64,000 nt of DNA from Picochlorum sp. SENEW3. Lineage: Eukaryota. The stretch lies in the NCBI GenBank assembly GCA_034226945.1, contig CP120453.1, positions 62,001 through 126,000 of the forward strand, written 5' to 3'. The stretch's first letter is position 1, and the number at the start of each line of letters is the position of its first letter. Below, one piece after another: positions 35,851 through 46,794 of this stretch. Made by a program: the position numbers and the translations under genes. Under the pieces are notes generated by a model, which saw nothing but the letters and a program-made list of their open reading frames with translations, was not told the origin of the DNA and searched no databases.

Positions 35851-37374
35851 ATGCAGAATTCTTTTCAGAGCAATGTTGATGGGGATCAATTTCAGGAGGG
35901 ACTAGGTGGTGATCAAGGGTCTAGAGATACTCAGAGTATATTGCCAGGGAATGTACCGGGACAAACGAATGGAGAAGGGAATGATGAGTATGTACAAAAG
36001 CTGATGAAGGAGTTGTCATCGCTGCAGGTCAATGGGCAGCAGCCACTTGGGTCTGGGCAGGGGTGGCATCAGCAGGGATACTTGTATGATGGTATCTATA
36101 GTCCTGTGGCGAACATGGGCGTGTCGCAGCATGCTCAGCCACCTATAGACCTGGCACAACACGCTCAGTTGCCTGTGGATCTGTCAGCACAGTATGCACG
36201 ATTGAGTGGAGGGCACATGCCCCCTCATCACTTTCCAGCTCGTACATCTCACCGAGAATCACTTGATACGGTGTTGAGTACGTCATCAGTTCATAGCGAT
36301 CGTTTGAGTCAGAATGCAGCATATGGACAAAGTGTTTTGCAAGCTCAAATTCCGTATCAGAATTTCCAGGCACTTCACACAGAAGCTCCGGCGGGGCATA
36401 TTCAGCAACAAAATATTGGAATGAATCGTTCTCAGCACCATGGATACGGTCAGGGTTCTGGTCAGAAGGGTAGTGGCCCTCGTATTTTCTGTGGTCACGT
36501 TCCTAAAGAGGTCACAGAGGATCTCGTGAAGGCACATTTCAGCCAATGGGGAACAGTGACGGATGTATATTTTCCGAGACATAAGAAGACTTTGAAAAGG
36601 CGTCCATTTTGTTTCGTGACTTTTGGAAATATAGAGTGTGCCAACAGAGCCCTCCAGGAAAGTCCTTTGAATATCTGTGGTATACCAATCAAGAACATGA
36701 CCATGGTTGAAGATAGAGACAAGTATTATCACGAAAAGCACGCGAGAGCAAGAGAGACGCTTGCATCTGTTTTGAAAGCGTCGCCAATCATTGCAGGATC
36801 GAATTTGACCCAAGAACAAGTCGACAACATTGCTGCATTGCTTGCCATGGATGGGGCGTCAGCTGAGACAGTGCTGCACAGCCTTGGTTTCCAGCATGAT
36901 CAGTTTGCAAAACAGGCGCCTCCACAGGATCAGTCCAATGCCCTGTTGCAGAAACTCCAGACCATGGCAACGGTGCCAGGTTTGGATGGAGGCATTGGAT
37001 CGACGCCTCAGTGGCCTCCAATGAGACCTTCCTCTTTGGATGCCCAAGGAGTCAGCTTGGCTGGTATGGCAAATGCAGATCAAATACCAGCACCTTCTAC
37101 GTTTCCAGAATTGTCAAATGACGCAGCTTTGCAGAATGCGTTGGGCATTGCCTTGGGCCGCCAGAGCAAGCCAGTGCCCCAAAGCGTACAACAAGAAGAC
37201 CCAGTCAAGGGTGTGACAACAAGTAGTGGTCTGCTGAAGCAGCCACAGGTTTCAAATCTCAGTCTTTCTACCAACACCAAGTACATAGTAACACCTGAGA
37301 ACCGTTGGATGGAGCCTGATGGCGGAGAGAAAACCACACAAAAGCCCACTACTACTGTTCGAAGAAGCATTTGA
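35851..37374 (+). CDS. Single-RRM RNA-binding protein with Q-rich low-complexity regions
   Basis: RNP2 IFCGHV and RNP1 RPFCFVTF. Start codon uncertain. Confidence 0.85.
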   Translation: MQNSFQSNVDGDQFQEGLGGDQGSRDTQSILPGNVPGQTNGEGNDEYVQKLMKELSSLQVNGQQPLGSGQGWHQQGYLYDGIYSPVANMGVSQHAQPPIDLAQHAQLPVDLSAQYARLSGGHMPPHHFPARTSHRESLDTVLSTSSVHSDRLSQNAAYGQSVLQAQIPYQNFQALHTEAPAGHIQQQNIGMNRSQHHGYGQGSGQKGSGPRIFCGHVPKEVTEDLVKAHFSQWGTVTDVYFPRHKKTLKRRPFCFVTFGNIECANRALQESPLNICGIPIKNMTMVEDRDKYYHEKHARARETLASVLKASPIIAGSNLTQEQVDNIAALLAMDGASAETVLHSLGFQHDQFAKQAPPQDQSNALLQKLQTMATVPGLDGGIGSTPQWPPMRPSSLDAQGVSLAGMANADQIPAPSTFPELSNDAALQNALGIALGRQSKPVPQSVQQEDPVKGVTTSSGLLKQPQVSNLSLSTNTKYIVTPENRWMEPDGGEKTTQKPTTTVRRSI

Positions 37375-37856
37375 ATTATCGAGAGAGAGCATTATCGTCA
37401 GTTTATATCAAACGAAACAGTACCTGTTATCGCATCTATGTATTTGTGCAGATTTTCATCTTTGTATTCGCGGCGAGTAGTTTGAAATTTTTTACCTTGG
37501 AAGATATATATGCGTGTTCATACGTTTCATGTATACATCCAATGCATGAGTCTCCTAGTGTTTATGTCAGGAGACGCGAATTACATCAATTCATATGTAA
37601 TCAACGAATTCTTGAGTTTGAGTCCACATTGAGATTCCACACACAGATTTATATATATATCTGTCTTTGGATGCTATGGCAATGCCATTATGGCATCCGT
37701 GGCATGAGATAGTATCCAAGTCTCCCCTCCCTTGCATATTCAAATATTATTACATTATTGTTCAACCATAACACATATAGGAGCCCTGTGGACCAATCGA
37801 CGAGTGTGATAAACAAGAAGACAACAAGAGAAGAGAAAATCAATCAATCAAAGAGC

Positions 37857-39239
37857 ATGTCTTCTCAGCAGGAACTTGTACGTGCTTTCTACTCCTAGTT
37901 TTACTCATATGGATATAGAGAATATAAAAATGGCATGCATTCACGTTTGAACCCATGTGTGTTGCAGTCTCCACGGGAGATGGCTGTCAAGGCCAGGGCA
38001 GCTGCGAGACATTTGCAGGCTCTGTCGACGGAAGATAGGGTCAAAATCTTAAATTCTATTGCAGATGAGATTGAAGCGAATGAAGCAGCCATCATGGAAG
38101 AGAACAAGGCTGATGTCGAAGCAGCAACTGGGACAATATCTGACTCTTTGTTGCAGCGTTTGATCCTCAAGCCCGCAAAAATTGCTCAGTTGGCCGATGG
38201 AATTCGAGCTATTGCTCGTCAAGAGGAGCCCATTGGTAAATTGTTGAGTAGGACCGAGTTAGCTGATGGTCTTGTGTTGGACAAGGTGACCTCTCCTATT
38301 GGTGTGCTTTTGATCATTTTCGAGGCTCGACCAGATGCTCTGCCGCAGATTGCTGCCCTTGCAATTCGAAGTGGTAATGGTCTTCTTTTGAAGGGTGGGA
38401 AAGAGGCTGTTCGATCGAATGCGATTCTGCACTCAATCATTGTAGGCTGTGTAGAAAAGGCTGCTCCATCTGTTGGTAGAGGGTTGATTGGCCTGGTGAC
38501 ATCTCGTGATGAGATTGATGCGCTTCTTGCACTCAACGATACCATTGATCTCGTAATTCCAAGGGGTTCGAATCAACTTGTGTCGTACATTCAAAGTAAT
38601 ACAAAGATTCCAGTGTTGGGACATGCTGATGGAATTTGCCACATTTATGTGGACCCATCTGCAGATGATGCCATGGTGAAGAGCATCTGCGTCGACTCAA
38701 AGATCGACTATCCAGCAGCGTGTAATGCCGTGGAAAAGATCCTAGTGCATGAGAGTTTGAAAGGTGAGCGCTTGGATGCGTTGTTGGCAGCATTGAAAGA
38801 GGCAGGTGTGACTGTCCATGGTGGAGACAGGTCCGTGTCAGAGCTGGGCCTTTCACCAGCACCAAGTGTGAGACACGAGTATTCATCTCTGGATGTGACT
38901 GTGGAAGCTGTGTCGTCGACGACCGAAGCAATTGATCACATCCATGCCAATGGAAGTGGACACACAGAGAGTATCATTACTCAAGATGCAGCCCTTGCAG
39001 AAGAGTTTTTGAGGCGTGTGGATTCGGCGTGTGTTCTCCATAATGCAAGCACACGATTCTCCGATGGCTACAGATTTGGTCTTGGAGCAGAGGTAGGAAT
39101 CAGTACATCCAGAATCCATGCCAGAGGCCCTGTGGGTGTGGAAGGACTGATGACCACGAGATTCCTCTTGAGAGGCCATGGTCAGGTCGTGAAAAAGGAC
39201 ACTGGAGTCACGTACACCCATAAATCTCTTCCATTCTAA
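37857..39239 (+). CDS. proA: Gamma-glutamyl phosphate reductase (standalone)
   Basis: Short exon 37857-37877, intron to 37967, then [43 protein letters not shown] and HARGPVG. Confidence 0.95.
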
Positions 39240-39279
39240 TATAAATGATGCATATGCATGTGAATAAATAAGGGCAGAG

Positions 39280-39987
39280 TCATCTCTGCTCATGTAACCT
39301 TGTTGTCCCATCTTCATATTCCAACACCATGGAAACATCTGCTGCCTCTGCCAAGGATGCGTTTTTAATTTTCATGCGTTGCGTTGTGTGATGAGAACGC
39401 TTTGGTGTCCCTATAGTGACGATATGAAGGCCCAGGTATCCAGCATACGCAAGGGGGCCAGCAAAATCCCCATCATTTGATATGCACACACATCTCTTTT
39501 TCTTGCCTAGTATCATGCTCTCCCTTGCAAATCGGACAATCTCATCCCGAAGAATAAGATCCACAGCATTCTTCCGTCGCTTCGTCACGATCCAATCAAC
39601 GGCCTTGGCATCAAACCTCTCATACACGCGAGCCACAACCCCATCTCTGTCCATGGACAAGGTTCTCATCGTTCTTTCATTCGCTGCAAGCACAACCTTG
39701 CAATCAGAATCTACCTCAAGTTCACGCAGAGTCTGTAGAAGAGCATTCTCATTCGGAGGCATGATATTATCAACATCCCAGACCACCAAGGTACTGCATG
39801 ATACCCTTGTGCCCACCTGGCCATGGACTACCACAGATCTCATGAACACGTGTCCATGCGACACTCTACCAATAGAAATTCCGTGTAATTCCCTGTCAAG
39901 ATGGGTTCTCTGCGTCGTCTGCAAGTACATTCCCACTCTAGAATTGGTTTGGGACGTTGTAGACCACAAGACATTTGCAGGACGCAT
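39280..39987 (-). CDS. NYN (PIN-like) domain protein
   Basis: VVWDVDN, NAVDLIL and CISNDGDF acidic motifs. The true start may be downstream (39930 or 39843). Confidence 0.75.
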   Translation of the reverse strand: MRPANVLWSTTSQTNSRVGMYLQTTQRTHLDRELHGISIGRVSHGHVFMRSVVVHGQVGTRVSCSTLVVWDVDNIMPPNENALLQTLRELEVDSDCKVVLAANERTMRTLSMDRDGVVARVYERFDAKAVDWIVTKRRKNAVDLILRDEIVRFARESMILGKKKRCVCISNDGDFAGPLAYAGYLGLHIVTIGTPKRSHHTTQRMKIKNASLAEAADVSMVLEYEDGTTRLHEQR

Positions 39988-41223
39988 GTCGCCCCTAGAG
40001 CGATTGCCAAGGACGTGCTCACCAGCTATTATGACAATTATAATGAGAAAAGAATAGACAAGGTGCTGGAGTTATTTGATGATGACGTAGAGTATCAGGA
40101 TTTAATTTATCAAGATGCTTTCAAAGGGAAACAAGAGCTTGAAACTTATTTCAAAAAGATTGGCGAATTGGTGCCCAAAGATATACGGTTTGTTGTAGAT
40201 GATATCACAGAAGGGGATGAGAACAAATGCGGGGTTCTGTGGCATGTGGAAATTGAGTCGGAGAAGGAGGGGATGGTGGAGCTTCCATTCAGTAGAGGGG
40301 TGTCGTTTTACAGATTGAACAATCAGGGGCGGATTGTTTTTGCACGCGATATTGTGGAGTCTCCATTCAAGCCAGGAGAATCTTCATTAGGGGGAATTAC
40401 AGCTGTAGCTCCATTAATACGCAAGCTGGGGAGACGAGCAAACCCATCAAATATATCTACCCCAGATGGGAAGAATTTGTTGCAAGCAGGTTTGATGCTT
40501 GCCTTTGCGACAGGGTATATTGGCGTCGTCCTCTTATCCGATCTTCCTCCAGGATCTCCAGCGTATATGACTGACCCCAAGGATTTGGAGAGAATTCTCC
40601 ACGAGTCGTATAATTTCTTCTATGTCAACATGTTCATGGGTGACTGGTTTGGGCTCAACATTGTCCCGAATGTCGCCGAGCACCCAGTCGATGAGGGTAT
40701 TTTTAATTTCATTAATGCATGGTCGCTCATGTTCTTGCCCTTGTGGATTGATGATCCCAAAGGCAAGTCGATACCATTTTGGGGGAAACGGTTCCCTTTA
40801 TGGGTGGGGACCATGTTTTTGACAAATGTCTTTCTGCCATTTTATATGGTTCTTCGTCTCATCCCAGATCTGTATCTTGAAGAAAACGACGCGAAGAATG
40901 AACAAGAGGTGCCAGATGCGCTCCAAGATGGACAAGGTGGCCGTATGGCCATTGGCATACTTTCCACCACGGTGGCCCTTGTCTCCATGGCATGGATTGC
41001 TGTTGGGAGACCAGAATATTCAGTAGCAGACAGACTTGACTTCTTCATGACGTCTTTCAGTTCAAATAGAGTCTTCTGGGCATTTTGTCTGGACGCAGTC
41101 TTGTATTCTGTATGGCAATTCTGGATTCTTTCTGATCTCAAGGCGCCCATCTACCAACGAGTGACTCCACTCTTTGGAATGGCAGCGTGGTTGCTTGGAA
41201 CACAAAATAAAAGTACAAAATGA
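39901..41223 (+). CDS. SnoaL/NTF2-like domain membrane protein, probably plastid
   Basis: YYDNYN...LFDDDVEYQD...PFSRGVSFY...ARDIVE followed by multiple TM helices. Transit-peptide-like N-terminus. Confidence 0.82.
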   Translation: MGSLRRLQVHSHSRIGLGRCRPQDICRTHVAPRAIAKDVLTSYYDNYNEKRIDKVLELFDDDVEYQDLIYQDAFKGKQELETYFKKIGELVPKDIRFVVDDITEGDENKCGVLWHVEIESEKEGMVELPFSRGVSFYRLNNQGRIVFARDIVESPFKPGESSLGGITAVAPLIRKLGRRANPSNISTPDGKNLLQAGLMLAFATGYIGVVLLSDLPPGSPAYMTDPKDLERILHESYNFFYVNMFMGDWFGLNIVPNVAEHPVDEGIFNFINAWSLMFLPLWIDDPKGKSIPFWGKRFPLWVGTMFLTNVFLPFYMVLRLIPDLYLEENDAKNEQEVPDALQDGQGGRMAIGILSTTVALVSMAWIAVGRPEYSVADRLDFFMTSFSSNRVFWAFCLDAVLYSVWQFWILSDLKAPIYQRVTPLFGMAAWLLGTQNKSTK

Positions 41224-41259
41224 TTACTGTAATGGCATATATGGAGTGATTGATGGCCA

Positions 41260-42285
41260 ATGTGGTCTGAACTATCCTCATTTGGACGGGCATACTGGAA
41301 CCATGGGATTTACTGCATTGTCACGGCAGCCTTCTTTTTCAGCATCTCATCGTCTCTGTTGAGACCCATAGGGCCTGATGTGACGGTATTTGAGATTGTA
41401 GCGGTCCGTTCGACCCTGTCCATGGTTCTATCTGTGGTGACTGCGAGGTTGAGTCATGATGACAGTCCCTTGTTTGGATCCTTTGGGCATATGCATCTCT
41501 TGTTTCTGAGAGGTGCATCAGGAGCCATGGCGATGACGTGTTTCTACGTATCTGTACAAAATCTTCTCTTGAGTGAGGCGGTGGCGTTGTTGTTTTTGAA
41601 TCCTGCACTGGTGGCAGTGCTTGCTTTTTTCTTCCTTGGAGAGACAATAACAGTGTATGGAGTCTTGGGGTGTATTACTAGTCTTATCGGTATGGTTTTA
41701 GTTGTCAAGCCGCCGATTATTCAAGGAGATTCTAGTGAATGGACAGATAGCAGGCAGTTGGGTGTGCTGATGGGAATATTGGCAGCATTTCTGGCAGCTG
41801 TTGCTTACACAAGTATTCGCAAAATAGGGACACGTGAAAAGTCGCTGACGATCGCCGTGTGGTTCCATAGTACGGCATTAGCATCGTCAATAATAGCGCT
41901 GTTGTTCGGTGTATTTGGGGTGACATTCAGCATGCCCACAGCAACGGATTGGGTGTGTATGGTGGTGATTGCCATGTGCTCTTTTTTGGCCCAGCTGATG
42001 ATCTCGCGGGGCCTGCAATTAGAAAAAGCAGCGCTAGGGTCTGCGGTGAATTACTTGCAAGTTCTCTTTGCCGCTGCACTAGGGTATATATTGTATGGAG
42101 AGCCTGTCTCGCTTTTGAGTTTTGTCGGCGCGATCCTCATTTTTGTTGGAGTCTTGGCATTGAGTGTCCAAAAGTCACAGCCACAAGAGGAGGAGGATGG
42201 TGCAACAGAGGAAGAGAAACAGGCAATACTTGCTCTCGATCAGGAAGATGAACAGCATGTCATAGAACTACAGACTCACAAATAA
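41260..42285 (+). CDS. EamA/DMT-family transporter (SLC35G-like)
   Basis: About 10 TM helices, FEIVAVRS, LFLRG, FFLGE and LYGE. Confidence 0.88.
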   Translation: MWSELSSFGRAYWNHGIYCIVTAAFFFSISSSLLRPIGPDVTVFEIVAVRSTLSMVLSVVTARLSHDDSPLFGSFGHMHLLFLRGASGAMAMTCFYVSVQNLLLSEAVALLFLNPALVAVLAFFFLGETITVYGVLGCITSLIGMVLVVKPPIIQGDSSEWTDSRQLGVLMGILAAFLAAVAYTSIRKIGTREKSLTIAVWFHSTALASSIIALLFGVFGVTFSMPTATDWVCMVVIAMCSFLAQLMISRGLQLEKAALGSAVNYLQVLFAAALGYILYGEPVSLLSFVGAILIFVGVLALSVQKSQPQEEEDGATEEEKQAILALDQEDEQHVIELQTHK

Positions 42286-42335
42286 ATACACGACATACTC
42301 TTTGTTTTACATCACCATGATCATCATCATTATTA

Positions 42336-44124
42336 TTATGTAGAAATGGCAGGGACATCCTTGAGGTCTCGAATGATATCATTGAACTTTTGAATATGTT
42401 TGATGAGGAAATCTCCCTTGATCGATACGCCCTTTGCCTCTTGTCCTACAACAAAGTCCTGTCCATCTCTATGCTCAATGGTGAAATCTATGTCTCCACA
42501 TGGTTGTGGTTCACCAGACAGTGTGTCTCCAGAAACCCACGTGAGTACAGACGATGTCGCCCTAAGAAGATCCAACTGCTTTCTGACCTCTGCTTCGTCC
42601 ATCTCTGCGATAGATGCAAGCTTTGAAATTGTAATACTGCTATAGAGTTTCAACACTTGCTTTAATGCCGGCAAATGCTTTCTCTCTTCCACTGTTGCCA
42701 TGAACACTGCGAGCTGTGCCTTCATGGCTGCATTGTTACTATTGCAGGCTGCATCGGACCACTCTGGTGGATCAGGTGACACAAACTTTGGACAAGAGTA
42801 ATTAAACAGCTCTTCGAATGTGGAGAACGATCCAGTCTGCATGGATCTAATTTTGTCTCCATACTTTTCTCTCAAGGAGCTTGCTGCTGCTTCATCAAGC
42901 TTTTTCTGAACAGCGGCACACAATGATGACGTCATTGCGAGAGCAGCATACATTTGCTCATTCTTCTTCAGCAATTGACCATGTCCAATGCCACGTGCAT
43001 GATGACTCTTCACCTTGTTAACATACATGACTCCAAAGTTGAAACAGTCAGCCGCATCAAGGTACCTGTGCATCATAAGCAGTGCAAACCCACTGTAATA
43101 GGCCATCGTGATGGCTGCCATTGCGATTTTTGTCGCAAAGAGTCCTTTACGGACGTGAGGGTTGAGAGGGGCGAGAGCCTTGATCCCAGCAGTGTGATCT
43201 CCCAACACACAATGCACCCGCAACAACCCAATCAAGGAAAAGTACCCCAACATCCTCAACACATTTGATGATGTCGTGCTATACCCTTCAGTCTTGTACA
43301 GAGCCTCAGGACCTTCTGGCGTGGATAATTCCTCTCTGATACGAGAATGAGACACAAGCTGGTCCAATGTCTGAATCACCAGCTTGGAATCCCACATTCC
43401 CTGATCAGCATTCTTCAACGCCTGAATCTCCTCCATAGTTTTCCCCAACAATTTACCTCTATATTGCAGATACGATTGGAACTGATACACGTATTCATCA
43501 ATCATATCCCAAAGCCATCCATTGGGAAGAAGCATGTTCAAATTGGATGTCAGAATGATTGAAAAGAGTTCACAATAATTCTCCCACGACTCCCTCCTCT
43601 GCTCGAGAGTTGGAGTTCCAGAAGCATAGATATGACGAAAGTACAATTCTTTGTACAAGACAAGATACACATGATCATTATCCACAAGGTATGCAATGGA
43701 CTCTGCACGAGGCCAGGCACTCCCTTTGAAAAACCTCTCTGACAAGGTAGGGAACGTATGGCTGTACATTGTATAAATCTCCCTGATGTTTCTCTCCCTG
43801 AATATACCGTAACAATCATACGTCAGCTTCAATACAATGGCAGCACAAGAAGAAACAGACAGCTCTGTCCTTTTCACAGACAAGTTCTCCGCCTCAGCAC
43901 TATATATCGGCCATCAGAACGCACCTAATGTGATGATAAAAGTAAATAACAAAATCCTGAACCATTTTAGGGACAGCCACGGGCATTCGTGGTCGTTCAG
44001 CCTGCAGCAGTCATTTTGACACGTGAGACTTGGCTCCCATATTCTCCACCCATAGCCCAAGGAAGGCATACACAACTATCATAATCGAAAAACCAACCTC
44101 TTTGAGAACCCCAGTGCCACTCAT
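42336..44124 (-). CDS. EIF3L: Translation initiation factor 3 subunit L
   Basis: Exons 44124-44098, 44001-43925 (VPKMVQDFVIYFYHHIR) and 43797-42336. Contains LYKELYFRHIY, LPNGWLWDMIDEY, LGYFSLIGLLRVH and CPKF. Confidence 0.95.
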
Positions 44125-44223
44125 CGCTGTTACAAATGGAGTCAAACAAAAATAGCGGAATTGCTCTTAATATTACCCTTGATGGTATATTATACGTAAT
44201 ACTATTGAATCAAGTATATTCAA

Positions 44224-46155
44224 TTAAAATGATATGCCGAGTACCTCGCCTTGGTTATCGGTTGTGTTGAAATCTTCCCAATTTCCTGCGATTGGGGCAG
44301 ACACAAGACGCTCTGGGATATCAAACGAGTCAATCACCACCTGCCAATGCTGGGACACGCGTTTACAGAGGCTTCTGACAATGTCTGGGATGCACTGCGC
44401 CACATCATTTGGGATGATATCGTTGTACATGAACCATGCCAGATCATCTTCAATCCTTTTCATGGCATAGAGGCACACAATGTCTGTCAGGACTGGTTTC
44501 AGGTTTTCTGGAGATGACGCCAGGACATTGATGCATGCATCCAGTACCTGTCGTTCTCCAAATGCTTGTGTGCATCCCTGGACGGCATCGCTTTCCTGGT
44601 ACATCCATGCATCAAAGACATCTGGCTGGCTGGGGCCAATTCCTGCCACAATATCTGATATGTATGCCAGTTTCTTCGCCTCTCTCGTCATAAACAAAGA
44701 CTGTAATGTGAAAATATTGCTCATGCTATCCTGCGTGACCATTGGTGGCTTGACGTGTCGCGAGTACTGAGAGGAAGCAATCAATTCCTTGGCAGCCTTT
44801 TGGAACAACACCCTATTGTCCCCTTCGGCCGTGATGCCAGCGTGAGAAAACCCGATCAACGATCCAAACCTATTGCATGATAGATATCCTTGACCCCCAC
44901 ACCGCTCTCGACACGTGCTCGCAGTTCTCTCTAGATTCCATGCACACATTGGCTTGATGGTGCAACAGAGAATCACCACCTCCCTTGCTTCCTGCTGTGA
45001 TATCTTTTGAGACGGGTCAAAACCACTCGCTGCTGCCCATCTCTCTTTCACATAATTCAGACCTATATTCAATGCCACCGTGTCTGCCAACAGAGGCATC
45101 AAGGCTCTCTGCTGCAATTGATAGTTCAGTATGGGTGTATCTGATGCCCCTGTCGGGCCCACACACAATCGAGACGATGCATATCGAAGCGCCACAGTCA
45201 GAGACATTTTTGCTCCAGATATCATCATGGATGCAATACACAGTCGCCCCGATAACAACTGGTCTGCCACTCGCAGAAACCTGTCCCTTGGCTTGGCAAT
45301 CTTGGATGTAAACACACCATTCTCTGATACACTCGAATGCGCGTCCAATAAAGCTTCTCGAGGCACCCGAACATGATCAAATGCCAACTTTGCATTATCC
45401 ACACCGTTACACCCCATCTTATGCCCCATATCCTGTATGCTCACCCCAGGCATGGGAAGCATGGTGGAATGATCACGAATCTTCACCAAAAAACCATGAA
45501 TACCATGATTCTCCGCCCCAATCAACAGCTGCGCAAACACAACTGCCCAATGCGCATGCGTCGCCCCATTCGTAATCCAATACTTTTGCGACAACGGTGT
45601 CGTTGAATGAATCACAAACTCTCTGCTCCCCTCATCATACCTCGCTGTCGTCGCCATACACACCGCATTATTCCCATATCCCAACTCTGTCAATCCAAAA
45701 CAACCCACATCCTCCAGACTATCAATCCCCTCCAGCAAGAAATGATGCCTTCCAGTCCCAAGCTTCAACACTGTACCCCCAAACAGATTAAACTGCACCG
45801 TCATCTTTGTCGCCATGGACACATCCGCAAGAGTAGCACATTCATGTGCTGCAAATATACGCAATGGATTATCCCTAAAATCTTTGATTGAAAAACAGCC
45901 AGTCTGGCACAATCGTTTCAATCGTTCAAAGGCCAATTCCCTCTCCTCCGACACGCTCACATTCCATCTCGGAACGAACAGAGAGTCTGAAACCATCACA
46001 TGTTTCAATTTCTTCCTTTCCTCAGGACAATCATGGTCTAAAATAGACTGCAGCATGCGTGCTATGGGCACATCTCGATCCTCATGACGCGTCGTGTCGT
46101 CCATGTGTCGGGACAATGCCCCGATACGACGGTCTACATTCCCTCTAGTATTCAT
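44224..46155 (-). CDS. Peroxisomal acyl-CoA oxidase
   Basis: PTS2-like [45 protein letters not shown] and TAEGDN. Confidence 0.93.
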   Translation of the reverse strand: MNTRGNVDRRIGALSRHMDDTTRHEDRDVPIARMLQSILDHDCPEERKKLKHVMVSDSLFVPRWNVSVSEERELAFERLKRLCQTGCFSIKDFRDNPLRIFAAHECATLADVSMATKMTVQFNLFGGTVLKLGTGRHHFLLEGIDSLEDVGCFGLTELGYGNNAVCMATTARYDEGSREFVIHSTTPLSQKYWITNGATHAHWAVVFAQLLIGAENHGIHGFLVKIRDHSTMLPMPGVSIQDMGHKMGCNGVDNAKLAFDHVRVPREALLDAHSSVSENGVFTSKIAKPRDRFLRVADQLLSGRLCIASMMISGAKMSLTVALRYASSRLCVGPTGASDTPILNYQLQQRALMPLLADTVALNIGLNYVKERWAAASGFDPSQKISQQEAREVVILCCTIKPMCAWNLERTASTCRERCGGQGYLSCNRFGSLIGFSHAGITAEGDNRVLFQKAAKELIASSQYSRHVKPPMVTQDSMSNIFTLQSLFMTREAKKLAYISDIVAGIGPSQPDVFDAWMYQESDAVQGCTQAFGERQVLDACINVLASSPENLKPVLTDIVCLYAMKRIEDDLAWFMYNDIIPNDVAQCIPDIVRSLCKRVSQHWQVVIDSFDIPERLVSAPIAGNWEDFNTTDNQGEVLGISF

Positions 46156-46794
46156 TTTAATGATCCTTATGAAATTTCCGAATAGGTCTGAGTCGATATA
46201 GGCAAGGGTTTGTCCTTTTTGTTATCGACGAGCCCAGGATGCAAGTCTTTCTATTGTTTTATTTACAGAGTTTTGTTGGTACTCTCATGACATTCATGCG
46301 CTATTGCATATCAACCAATTACAAAAACAAACATGTGATAGATATATATACTATAGAACACACACAGAGAGAGAGAGATCTTTCTGTGACGGTTGCCTAC
46401 AGATGGTCATGATGAATGCACCCATGCATGTGCATGCCATGTAGTCATCTACTTCAGAAAGTAATGCCACACAAATTGCTCAAGTGATGGGCACTCGTAG
46501 ATGGGATTTGCCAGGATGACGCTACGCCATCCATCCCCATGCTGCCGGAAGAACACGCGTGCGATTCTCCTGTTATTCTATAATAAATTCCTTTTGTATA
46601 CTCTTTTGTACCAATCTCTAGTCGTATCAGGTAGACTAGCAGTAGTCGTAGTAGGCTAATATCTACTTCTCCAGAAGTATCGAGCCTACCAAGGGCTTTA
46701 CCTATTCTTCATTCAGGTGTACAGATTCCGTATTATGTGTTTTACAATTTCAATATACTGGTAGCAATAGTATTTACATTGACTGGAAGGCAGA

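Noticed and set aside
37857..39239. Standalone proA as a bacterial horizontal transfer
   Set aside because: It has an intron and host-like composition, and separate kinase and reductase genes occur in other eukaryotes.
41223..41260. Bicistronic SnoaL-EamA pair (36-nt gap)
   Set aside because: TGTAA lies immediately after the upstream stop, favouring separate polyadenylation, though readthrough is not excluded.
46405..46522. Possible intergenic C/D snoRNA (ATGATGA...ATGA)
   Set aside because: No canonical D box and no recognisable guide.
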